From the NCBI RefSeq assembly GCF_900232105.1, contig NZ_LT934425.1:720001-752000 (forward strand): DNA of 32,000 bases, in the 5' to 3' direction. Below, in pieces: positions 17,030 to 25,524 of this stretch. A model generated the notes under the pieces. That model made no database searches. It was not told where the DNA came from and saw only the letters and a list, made by a program, of their open reading frames with translations. How positions within the stretch are numbered: position 1 is the first letter of the stretch; each line of letters begins with the position of its first letter. The translations under genes and the position numbers were made by a program. The stretch is from Candidatus Kuenenia stuttgartensis. Its GTDB lineage: Bacteria; Planctomycetota; Brocadiia; Brocadiales; Brocadiaceae.

Positions 17030-17138
17030 AATCAGATATAAATATTGAAAATTTCTTTTTTCATACCAGCCCTGCATAATTAATGTTTGTAACAAATAAA
17101 GCACTTCAGAAGTGAGACTTTTTGTTTTCCTGTAAATA

Positions 17139-19133
17139 ATGACTACGCGAAGATATATATTTTTAAGCATACCCATCATTTGTTTCATTACGATAATCAT
17201 TTCAGTTATTCTCTCAAAGCCTAAATCAAAAAGTCCTGTCGAAAAACCAGGAGAAAGCATTGTTTCGTCAGAAAATTCTCTAAAGAATAAGCGAATAATA
17301 GACGACATACGAAAATCCGAGAAGATCACTCAAACGGTTGACGGTCTTTTTCTCCCCAACTACGATAAGGAAGGAAATGAGACGTACACAATGAGAGGGA
17401 AAAATACCTTTTTGCTGGAGAACGACAAATATAAAATAATTGAACCGGAAATTGAATTAATGGATGATGAAGATCCGGGGGACGAAGCGAAAAGGGTGAT
17501 AATTACATCGGACATTGGAGAGATGGATAAGATTTCAAATGAGGGGTACCTTTCCGATAACGTTGTAGTTCATCTGGATAAGGAAACCAGGTTGTATACC
17601 GAAAACATGCAGTACTCTCCCGGGAATAAGTCCGTACATACGGATGAGTTTGTCACTATCACCGGAACAGGGCTTGTAATCACCGGCAAGGGTTGCGAGG
17701 TGGATCTTGCCAACAGAAAGATGTGGATTATAAAAGATGCGGAAATGGAAATGGATGGTGTGAAAAATGATCTCTTTTTCATGTATGAAGAAGGCTTAGG
17801 ACAAGGCCATGTACCGGAAGCACCGGATATGGGGAAAACGGTTGAAGATGAAAAGACTGAAGAAAAAACAATCATTCGTTCCAACGGTCCGCTTGTGTTT
17901 GATAGGGATGCTGATTTCCATGTCATGACATTCAACGACAATGTTGAAGCCGCGAAGGGCAGCACTACCGTTTTCTCAGACAAGCTTGTTATTTTTCTTG
18001 ATGCAGAAACAAAAGTAACGAAACAGGCGATTGCAAGCGGAAATGTTCTTGCTTCGCAGGGATCAAAAATTGCCAAAGGAGACACACTTTCCTGGGATGC
18101 CAATACGCAAAGCGCAATTCTTGAAGATGCAAAGAAGGCAGAATTTATACGAGATGATCTCAGTATATACGCCGCCAAAATGATTTTTTATAAAAATGCA
18201 AACAAAATAGACGTTCCGTGTGCCGGCAGCTTGAGAATAAAACCCAATGAGAAAAACATTCCGGAGAAAAAAACTGCGGATGCAGATGCAAAGTATGAAA
18301 TGATTAATGTGAAATGGGAAGGGAAAATGAATTACATGGGGGATGCAAGGGAAGCCATCTTCGAGGAAAATATTGAAGTACGGAGAGATGATTCCCTTCT
18401 CCGGTGTGATTATTTGTACGTAACGTTTAACGACAATAACTATGACCTGAAATCATTTGACGCAAAGGATAAGGTTCATATTGTTGATAAAAAAGGCGGT
18501 TTATGGAACGAGGCGGTTGGTGATCAGGTTGCATGGGATGCACAAAGTAACGCAACCGTTTTATATGGGACCCCTTTTGCTATTCTCAGGGAAGGAAATA
18601 CAAGGCAGATTATTTCCCCCAAGGTTACTTTCTTCGAAAATGAGGAAAAAATCCTGTGTGAGGGAAAGGGGAGTTTATATGAAATCGGAAAGGGAATGAA
18701 TCGCACCGAAGAAACGGACAAAACAGGCATTAAAGTTACCTGGCTAAAAAAAATGGAGTATGATAGTGTTATAAAAAAGGCAGGATTTTTTGAAGAGGTT
18801 CTGGTTTCTCAAAGCGGACAAAGGCTGAGCGGAGACCAAATTGATGCATATATGGGAGCAAACGGAGAGATTTCAAAAATTATTACCGCCGGCAACGTTT
18901 ATTTTTATAGCGAGGATTTAGGAGGGAGCGAGGGGTTCGGCACATTTTTTACCTGGGATTTACCGAAAAACATGGGAGTGCTGACTGGCAGCCCGAAGGC
19001 GGAATTAAGAAAAGAAGGTTCGAGGACTTTTTCTGAAAAGGTTTACTTCAATATGGCAGAAGGCAGGATAACGTGGGAAGGCAGACCTCACTGGCAACTT
19101 ATCAGTAAAGAAGCTGGCAATGCGGATAAATAA
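17139..19133 (+). CDS. Membrane-anchored LptC/LptA (OstA-like) repeat protein
   Basis: 664 aa. N-terminal TM anchor, then repeated beta-jellyroll-like segments (GNVVVHLDKETRLYTENMQYSP..., FNDNVEAAKGSTTVFSDKLVIFLD...ASGNV...GDTLSWDA, GNVYFYSEDL...). Sits directly after kdsD-kdsC, as lptC-lptA does in the E. coli yrb operon. Confidence 0.5.
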   Translation: MTTRRYIFLSIPIICFITIIISVILSKPKSKSPVEKPGESIVSSENSLKNKRIIDDIRKSEKITQTVDGLFLPNYDKEGNETYTMRGKNTFLLENDKYKIIEPEIELMDDEDPGDEAKRVIITSDIGEMDKISNEGYLSDNVVVHLDKETRLYTENMQYSPGNKSVHTDEFVTITGTGLVITGKGCEVDLANRKMWIIKDAEMEMDGVKNDLFFMYEEGLGQGHVPEAPDMGKTVEDEKTEEKTIIRSNGPLVFDRDADFHVMTFNDNVEAAKGSTTVFSDKLVIFLDAETKVTKQAIASGNVLASQGSKIAKGDTLSWDANTQSAILEDAKKAEFIRDDLSIYAAKMIFYKNANKIDVPCAGSLRIKPNEKNIPEKKTADADAKYEMINVKWEGKMNYMGDAREAIFEENIEVRRDDSLLRCDYLYVTFNDNNYDLKSFDAKDKVHIVDKKGGLWNEAVGDQVAWDAQSNATVLYGTPFAILREGNTRQIISPKVTFFENEEKILCEGKGSLYEIGKGMNRTEETDKTGIKVTWLKKMEYDSVIKKAGFFEEVLVSQSGQRLSGDQIDAYMGANGEISKIITAGNVYFYSEDLGGSEGFGTFFTWDLPKNMGVLTGSPKAELRKEGSRTFSEKVYFNMAEGRITWEGRPHWQLISKEAGNADK

Positions 19134-20904
19134 AAAGATTCGTCATATTATAATTTTTTTGGTATTTTTTCTAACAACCTTTGCAGGGCAGCTTTACGCA
19201 GAAAATACGCAACGTGTGGAAATTTTTGCGCATCGGGGTATATTGGAAGAAACGCCGGAAAATACATTTGCTGCTTTGCACAGGATTGCAGAATTGGGCA
19301 TAGACGGTGTTTTGGTTGATATTCGCAGTACAAAGGATGGCCGGCTTATATTAATGAACGACGAAACGATTGACCGCACAACGGATGGTATGGGCAGGGT
19401 TGACCGTTTATTATATTCGGAAATACAACAGTACGATGCTGGATCATGGCGGGGCGTGGAGTTTGAGGGGGAACGTGTTCCTTTGCTGTCAGACGTACTG
19501 ATGTTTTGTAAAATTAACAAACTTAAACTGATTTTAAATATACAACAGATTTTTCTGGAAGAACAAGTTGCAGAACTGATTAATACCTATGAGATGTCTT
19601 CGCAAGTTTATTTATGGGGAACGATGAGGAATTACAGCCCTAAAAACGCAAGGTCTTTCGGAAAGGGACTGGTGTATGTTTCCACAGATGAACTAAACGA
19701 AGAAAAACTGAAACAAATCCGCAAAGAAAAGAAATACGCATTTACTTCTTTACTGGAAAGTGATGACCGTCGGATAATACAGAGGGCGATAAAGCGGGGA
19801 GTAGATGTTCTTCTCGTGGATTATCCCTATGTAGCAATGGATGTTTTGGATATAAATACCCGATTAAACACCACAACTGAAATAAAAAAGAAAGCACGTG
19901 AAAAAAGGCCGCTTTCGATAGACAATAACGACCCGTTTATTCAAACAAAAATAAAAACACTGTTGAACACGTTGCAGAGCGAAGGAGAGGATGAATCAAG
20001 GACAGCGGCAATAACATTAGCCGTTCTGCCACAGAAATACACGGTACCGCCGCTTCTGAAATTATTCAAAAAGAAGAGTGCAAAGATAAGGCAAAATGCC
20101 GTTTGGGCGCTGAGTTTTTGTGGTGATAATACTATCGCACCACAGATAGAACCGCTTTTAAACGATAAAAATACCATCGTTCGGAGGGAGGCGGTGCTCG
20201 CATTAAAAAGGCTTGGCGCAGCACAATCAATACGGGCGCTTACTGACAGGTTTCAAAGAGAAACTGAGATAAACGTAAGATATGATATTGCAAGGGCATT
20301 ATGCACTCTGGGAAATCAAGGTTCAGTCTTTCCCATACTGGAGATGCTTAAAAAAGAAAAGAGCTGGCTTGTCAAAGAGGCTTGCATTGAAGCGGCAGGC
20401 AATAGTGGTAATGATAAAGCAATTGCAGCCTTGTACGATATTCTTATCACCGATGCGGAAAGTGAGGCCTCCTTTGCCCGTACAAAATCAGCGTGGGCAT
20501 TGGCTTCTATGGAGGAAAAGGCCGTTCCTTTTCTGATAAAGGCCCTCCATGATAACGAAGAATCTACAAGGCGTAAAGCCAGTTGGGCGTTAATAAAAAC
20601 AGGCAATCCTGCGGTACCGGCATTAATTGGCGCACTGAATGACGTTAATGAACATACGAGAAATCGTGCAGCGCAGATACTCGGATGGATTGGCAATGCA
20701 AGCGCCGTAACCCCGCTGATGTGGTCGCTAAAAGATAAATCCCCTTTGGTGGTAAGCTCTGCAGCCTGGGCGCTTGGCAGAATCGGGACGCCAAAGACAC
20801 TTCTATCCCTGAAGGCACTCATAAATAGCGGGAATGAAGACGTCGTGGAAAGCGCATTTGAGGCGATGGGCAGGATTGTGGAGCGATACAAAGATATTGA
20901 GTAG
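19120..20904 (+). CDS. Secreted glycerophosphodiester phosphodiesterase domain fused to HEAT (PBS-lyase type) repeats
   Basis: 594 aa with a signal peptide. IFAHRG...ENT..A......G.DG...D.R.TKDG.L.LMND.T.DRTTDG (GDPD), then at least 6 repeats of the type .VR..A..AL..LG....I..L. Confidence 0.75.
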   Translation: MRINKKIRHIIIFLVFFLTTFAGQLYAENTQRVEIFAHRGILEETPENTFAALHRIAELGIDGVLVDIRSTKDGRLILMNDETIDRTTDGMGRVDRLLYSEIQQYDAGSWRGVEFEGERVPLLSDVLMFCKINKLKLILNIQQIFLEEQVAELINTYEMSSQVYLWGTMRNYSPKNARSFGKGLVYVSTDELNEEKLKQIRKEKKYAFTSLLESDDRRIIQRAIKRGVDVLLVDYPYVAMDVLDINTRLNTTTEIKKKAREKRPLSIDNNDPFIQTKIKTLLNTLQSEGEDESRTAAITLAVLPQKYTVPPLLKLFKKKSAKIRQNAVWALSFCGDNTIAPQIEPLLNDKNTIVRREAVLALKRLGAAQSIRALTDRFQRETEINVRYDIARALCTLGNQGSVFPILEMLKKEKSWLVKEACIEAAGNSGNDKAIAALYDILITDAESEASFARTKSAWALASMEEKAVPFLIKALHDNEESTRRKASWALIKTGNPAVPALIGALNDVNEHTRNRAAQILGWIGNASAVTPLMWSLKDKSPLVVSSAAWALGRIGTPKTLLSLKALINSGNEDVVESAFEAMGRIVERYKDIE

Positions 20905-21032
20905 CATCTGAATGCCTTACGCAAAGAGAAATGCAGCCCAAAAGTGGTATATGGCGGCATTGGTTACGTTTTACAAACGTGTGCAATAAACAATTTGACT
21001 AAATAATAGGATTTCAATATTATGACGAGATT

Positions 21033-21350
21033 AAAATTTTGTAACTATTCAGCGTAATTTATTAAACTACCGGAGATCAGAGCGCAACTCGTTCCCAAAC
21101 CTTGTACTGAACATAGTGAAGTATCTGTTTGGGAACGTAATTACACTGGAAACTTTGTTTCCAGTGAGGGTCTGACTTGACAAATTACAAACTGTATTAA
21201 CCCTGTGATTTTATTCCCTATCTATCAGCAAACAGGCGAGAAACCGGAGTTTCTCGAACAAATGCATTCCCAAACAGATACTTCACTATGTTCAGTACAA
21301 GGTTTGGGAACGAGCCGTGTATCGTTTACGCTGAATAGTTACAAAATTTT
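21033..21350. repeat. 318-bp compound palindromic element (outer 25-bp and inner 48-bp perfect inverted repeats)
   Basis: 21033-21057 is the exact reverse complement of 21326-21350, and 21088-21135 of 21267-21314 (checked base by base). Each 48-bp arm is itself a hairpin (GTTCCCAAAC...GTTTGGGAAC). Two further hairpins lie in the core. Confidence 0.85.
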
Positions 21351-21412
21351 TGTAATAGTCCTTATAATATGTGTTTTATGGCAGAGACAATCCCCCGACA
21401 ATTAGCAGTATG

Positions 21413-21448
21413 TAGCACCTTATCAGTAATTTCTTTGGTATTTTCTGG
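21413..21448. repeat. Dispersed ~36-nt motif, copy 2 (TAGCACCTTATCAGTAATTTCTTTGGTATTTTCTGG)
   Basis: Aligns with 13270-13306 and 31859-31894. Confidence 0.6.
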
Positions 21449-21529
21449 TTTACGAGGGGATTTATGGGTGGGTAAATAAGAAAAGCCGTTGGGTTTTGTT
21501 TTTTTAAACCCGGCTTATTTCAATATTTT

Positions 21530-21557
21530 TGCAGAGACGCATGCATGCGTCTCTGCA
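21530..21557. repeat. Perfect 28-nt palindrome TGCAGAGACGCATGCATGCGTCTCTGCA
   Basis: Read directly from the sequence. Preceded by TTCAATATT, as is its sister at 23142-23170. Confidence 0.8.
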
Positions 21558-21583
21558 TTTAATCTATAAGGAAAGGTATTTTA

Positions 21584-23113
21584 TTGATGAAACGCAGTAT
21601 TGTGTACTTAGTAGGAGCAGGTCCTGGAGATCCGGGGCTTATAACCGTAAAAGGGCATGAGTGTATTAAAAAAGCAGACGTCATTGTTTATGATTATCTC
21701 GTAAACGTTGAATTACTTAAAGCCGCAAAGCCAGACGTGGAAATGATATATGTAGGAAAGCAAGGCGGTTCCCATACCCTTGAACAGGAGGATATTAATA
21801 AGCTTCTCGTAGAAAAAGCATTGGAAGATAAAATTGTCACACGGCTGAAAGGGGGAGATCCTTATATTTTTGGACGCGGCGGAGAAGAAGCCCTTGTTCT
21901 GCGAGAATATAAGATCCCTTTTGAAGTAGTTCCGGGCATTACCGCAGCTATAGCGACTCCTAACTATGCAGGCATTCCCGTAACGCATAGGGAATATACC
22001 TCTACTTTTGGTTTGATTACCGGGCATGAAGACCCTGCCAAGAACGAAAGCTCCATTGACTGGTCAAAAATAAGCACGGGGATTGGCACACTGGCATTTT
22101 ATATGGGGGTAAAAAACCTTCCATATATTACAGAACAGCTTATGAAGCACGGACGTTCCGGCGATACGCCGGTGGCGGTAATACGGTGGGGCACCACTTT
22201 CCGGCAGGAAACCGTTGTCGGCACACTGAATACGATTGTAGCGAAGGCAAAAAATATCAAACCTCCTGCAATAACCATCGTTGGTGAAGTTGTTAAGTTG
22301 CGTGACCAGCTTAATTGGTTTGAAAACAGGCCATTGTTTGGCAAAACGATTGTCGTTACCCGTTCGAGAGAACAGGCAAGCGAATTTGCGGACAGGCTAT
22401 ATGAATTTGGCGCAAATGTAATCGAGTTTCCCACGATTGAAATTGTAAAACCGGATTCAATACAACCATTGGATGAAGCAATAAATACCATTAATACTTA
22501 CGACTGGCTGGTATTTACAAGTATTAATGGTGTGGATAGTTTTTTCCAGCGATTGTTTGAATTAGGAAAGGATGTAAGGGTTTTGAAAGGCCTTAAGATA
22601 TGTGCCATAGGCCCTGCTACTGCCGGAGGCATAGAAAGGTATAATATCAGGGTCGATTGTAAACCGCCAAAGTTTGTGGCAGAATCTGTGGCGGAAGAAC
22701 TGAAGAGGGTAACGGCAATAAAAGGCGAGCGGTTTTTACTTCCACGGGCAGATATAGCAAGAAGTTATCTTCCCGAAGAATTGCAGAAGTCAGGCGGTGA
22801 AGTTAACGACCTGATTGTATACAAGACCCTTATGGGGCAGCCAAAAGACGTCAATATTTTAGAGAAAATGAGAAACGGGGAGATTAACATCATTACCTTT
22901 ACCAGTTCCTCAACGGTAAGGAATTTTGTACAACTTATAGGAAAAGAAAATATCACTTCTTTAAAAGGACATATCCAATTTGCGAGTATTGGCCCCATTA
23001 CTACAAAGACAGCGGAAGAAATGGGGATTGATATTGCCATTAAAGCGAAGGAATATACGATCCCCGGATTGGTAAATGCCATACTGGAAAGTACATCTCC
23101 CATTGATAAATAA
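21584..23113 (+). CDS. cobA: Uroporphyrinogen-III C-methyltransferase (CobA) fused to uroporphyrinogen-III synthase (HemD)
   Basis: 509 aa. VYLVGAGPGDPGLITVKG......ADVIVYD.L......GK........Q..IN..L.......V.RLKGGDP.IFGRGGEE (SAM methylase), then a HemD-like C-terminal half (VVTR....A..F...L...GA.V.EFPTI). The likely true start is the ATG at 21587. Confidence 0.9.
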   Translation: MMKRSIVYLVGAGPGDPGLITVKGHECIKKADVIVYDYLVNVELLKAAKPDVEMIYVGKQGGSHTLEQEDINKLLVEKALEDKIVTRLKGGDPYIFGRGGEEALVLREYKIPFEVVPGITAAIATPNYAGIPVTHREYTSTFGLITGHEDPAKNESSIDWSKISTGIGTLAFYMGVKNLPYITEQLMKHGRSGDTPVAVIRWGTTFRQETVVGTLNTIVAKAKNIKPPAITIVGEVVKLRDQLNWFENRPLFGKTIVVTRSREQASEFADRLYEFGANVIEFPTIEIVKPDSIQPLDEAINTINTYDWLVFTSINGVDSFFQRLFELGKDVRVLKGLKICAIGPATAGGIERYNIRVDCKPPKFVAESVAEELKRVTAIKGERFLLPRADIARSYLPEELQKSGGEVNDLIVYKTLMGQPKDVNILEKMRNGEINIITFTSSSTVRNFVQLIGKENITSLKGHIQFASIGPITTKTAEEMGIDIAIKAKEYTIPGLVNAILESTSPIDK

Positions 23114-23141
23114 GTTCATAGTACAGGAACTTCAATATTAA

Positions 23142-23170
23142 TGTAGAGACGCATGCAATGCGTCTCTACA
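23142..23170. repeat. Palindromic hairpin TGTAGAGACGCAT-gca-ATGCGTCTCTACA (sister of 21530-21557); possible terminator of cobA/hemD
   Basis: 13-15 bp stem 29 nt after the cobA/hemD stop. No T-run follows. Confidence 0.7.
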
Positions 23171-23384
23171 TTGAAAAATCGCCAAAGGCATAATTTACTT
23201 CAAAAAATAAACCCCCTGCTTACTTGACCTACATCATTTTTTCACCCCCCCCGGAGAAACGTTCTATGTGCATTACAGCACAATGTTTTTCCAGTTGATA
23301 TGTCTGTAAATTCCATTTAATTTGAAACGCAATGTAATGTAAAAGGTATCGGTACCGCATATCACATATAAGGAGGCCATCAAT

Positions 23385-23430
23385 ATGAAAAGAGCAAATA
23401 TTAACATAAAAATATCCGTTATGTTTTTGT
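23385..23430 (+). pseudogene. Detached 5' end (signal-peptide n- and h-region) of the beta-propeller gene at 29092-31574
   Basis: AAGGAGG RBS at 23370-23376, ATG at 23385, encoding MKRANINIKISVMFL. The frame joins 29092 onward exactly when 23431-29091 is removed. Confidence 0.65.
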
Positions 23431-23486
23431 TTATAACGGATGTTCACCCCAAGTCAAAAAACAAAAGTGCCGTAAAAGCCTTATAT

Positions 23487-24378
23487 TTATTGGCTTTTAC
23501 GCCGAACAGCAAGCTTTTTTCTAGTGACTACCCGTATGTTCCGGCTTGGCAATACTTCTGGCAACTTTATCTGTAATGCCTCTAATAATTCATGTGATTG
23601 TTGCCGCGGACGCGGGATCTTCTGGCAACTAGCTTTTTGGCCTTTGATTGTTACTTCCATCGAACAAATGGTCGTCAATTGTGCGAGACCTTCCTCTACC
23701 GTCAAGTCAAAATTCTTCCACGCTCTGCGCAGCCTTCGAATTATCATGTACGCAAGCATTACCACAAACACATGTCCCCGTGTACTATCCTCCTTTCTTA
23801 CATACACCGGACGAACCTCCAAATTCACCGTCTTACAGTCCCGAAACGCCTTCTCCACTTCCGTTAAATCCTTGTATCGTTCATGTACCAGATTGGTATC
23901 CGCCTCGTTCTCCTCAAGATCAGTCTTGATTGCGTAACAACCATCAAGGTATGATGCCTCCTTTAATGCTTCCTCAGCTCTCTCTATCTTTAGCGTCCTA
24001 TCCTCTTCTTTTATCTGCACCCACCCATCAAGTTTCAATCTCGTTAGCCTTTCCCTTGTTGTTTCCAGGGCCTTCGATACTGACGACTTAGGATGTTCCT
24101 TCAGATAACTGTTCTTCTTCACGATGTATTTCTCTATACTCTGTAATTTTGATACACGGGTCTTTGACATCTCTTCCGCCCTTACCGGATTGCGCCTCAG
24201 AATATATCTAACCTCATCATCCTTTATCTCGCAGAGCTTTTCTTCGAACAATCCTAATTGCAGTATCCCTTTATTTATCAACGACTCTATCTGCGGCTTG
24301 GTTATCGCCGTTATGTAATGAAACCCTTCCGGTAAACTTTCGATTTGCACCGTCTTGATCATCCCACGATCTCCTACA
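23487..24378 (-). pseudogene. IS1634-family transposase, C-terminal half (split by the nested transposon)
   Basis: (VGDRG)MIKTVQIESL..GFHYITAI...YKDLTEVEKAFRDCKT.LEVRPVYVRKEDSTRGHVFVVMLAY. The codons VGDRG immediately upstream of the ATG are intact at 24363-24377. Confidence 0.85.
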
Positions 24379-24416
24379 TGCTAAGCCCCACAATAAATGA
24401 ACCTGGAATTCTCAGA

Positions 24417-24719
24417 TTAAGTGGAATTAATATATTGAGGTAAAACGGATTTTAGCAGATAGACAGCATCTGGGAAAGAGGAGTTGGAATCTACCATGAC
24501 GATGTCGATGGTATTAAAGTTTTTTTTACAACGGAAACACCTGGCGAGGTTCGTATTTGGGTTGGTGGCGGAATTAAATTCAGAACAGAGAGGGCAGAGG
24601 AAGCGGAAATAGCCTTCGGAGTATTTATGAGGTATGGAGAGGACATCAGCGATGAGTCGATCGATGGGGATATCGTTTCGTAATGAGCGCAAGAGTTGAG
24701 GGGAAAAGAGACGGGCCAT
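24417..24719 (-). CDS. Small primase-type (CHC2-like, here CCCC) zinc-finger protein
   Basis: 100 aa. IPIDRLIADVLSIPHKYSEGYFRFLCPLCSEFNSATNPNTNLARCFRCKKNFNTIDIVM follows the DnaG zinc-binding-domain pattern (CPxx.E....x(n)..CFxC......ID.VM). Confidence 0.6.
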   Translation of the reverse strand: MARLFSPQLLRSLRNDIPIDRLIADVLSIPHKYSEGYFRFLCPLCSEFNSATNPNTNLARCFRCKKNFNTIDIVMVDSNSSFPDAVYLLKSVLPQYINST

Positions 24720-24730
24720 GGTAGACCTCC

Positions 24731-25522
24731 TTAAAAAGATTGAATTTCAGCAAGAGCCTGATGGAAGATATCCTGGGTAATTTTCTGTGATTGTCTGATG
24801 GAAGCGTTAATCAGGCAGGCGGTGGAAATGGCGTTGATTTGCCTTGGGATGCCGGCGGAGAACTCATGGATCAGGTCTTTGACGTCTGAGTCAAAGATTT
24901 TATCGGATGCGCCGGAAGATTTCAGATGGAAGTCTATGTATGCAGCGGTTTGAGTTTTAGTAAGGGGATGAATGTGGTAATGTACCGAGATGCGTTGTGC
25001 GAAGTCGGCATGGATGTCTCTTTTGAGGATATATTTGAGGTGTTCCTGTCCCGAGAGGATGATTTTGAGATGAGTGGAAGAATCAAGCGGAGAGCTGACA
25101 AGGAGTCTGAGGTCTGTGATGGCGTCGGTTTTCAGGAGATGAGCCTCGTCGATAACGATAATGGGAGTGAGATTTGAGCGCAAGGATTTATCCATAATTT
25201 GGAGGAAGAGCCGGTCTTTGGTGTGTTTTGGTATTTCACCGAGCTGGGAGACGATTAAGGAGAGAAGGCTGGATGATTTTAGGTGGGTAAAATGGAGGTA
25301 GATGGGGAGAAACAGGTTTTGGGGGATTTGTGAGAGGAAGAGTTTGAGGAGTGTGGATTTTCCGACTCCCGTCTGTCCGTAGAGGACGGCGATAGAGCCT
25401 GAGTGTAAGAGGTATTGGAGTCGTGCAAGCCCCTGGGTAAAGCGTTCGTCTTTCATGATAAGGCTGGTGTTGATTCTTTCAGAGAACGGCTGAGTAGTCA
25501 TGGAAAAATGAGAAGTAAACAT
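24731..25522 (-). CDS. AAA+ ATPase, TniB/TnsC/ExeA-like (AAA_22 type) transposition helper
   Basis: 263 aa. Walker A YGQTGVGKSTLLK, Walker B IIVIDEAHLL, LRLL....THLKIILSGQ, QRISVHYHIHPLTKTQTAAYIDFHL, AGIPRQINAI. Start is 2 nt after the transposase stop. Confidence 0.8.
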   Translation of the reverse strand: MFTSHFSMTTQPFSERINTSLIMKDERFTQGLARLQYLLHSGSIAVLYGQTGVGKSTLLKLFLSQIPQNLFLPIYLHFTHLKSSSLLSLIVSQLGEIPKHTKDRLFLQIMDKSLRSNLTPIIVIDEAHLLKTDAITDLRLLVSSPLDSSTHLKIILSGQEHLKYILKRDIHADFAQRISVHYHIHPLTKTQTAAYIDFHLKSSGASDKIFDSDVKDLIHEFSAGIPRQINAISTACLINASIRQSQKITQDIFHQALAEIQSF

Positions 25523-25524
25523 GG

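Noticed and set aside
16802-17036. ATCAGA on both sides of the 16811-17029 MITE-like element as a target-site duplication.
   Set aside because: The two hexamers are not immediately adjacent to the TIRs (3 nt and 1 nt away), so a duplication cannot be claimed from this copy alone.
21351-21583. Possible cobalamin riboswitch upstream of cobA/hemD.
   Set aside because: I could not find a B12-box-like core (GCCACTG-type) or the expected multi-stem architecture. The region is instead occupied by the dispersed 36-nt motif and the palindrome.
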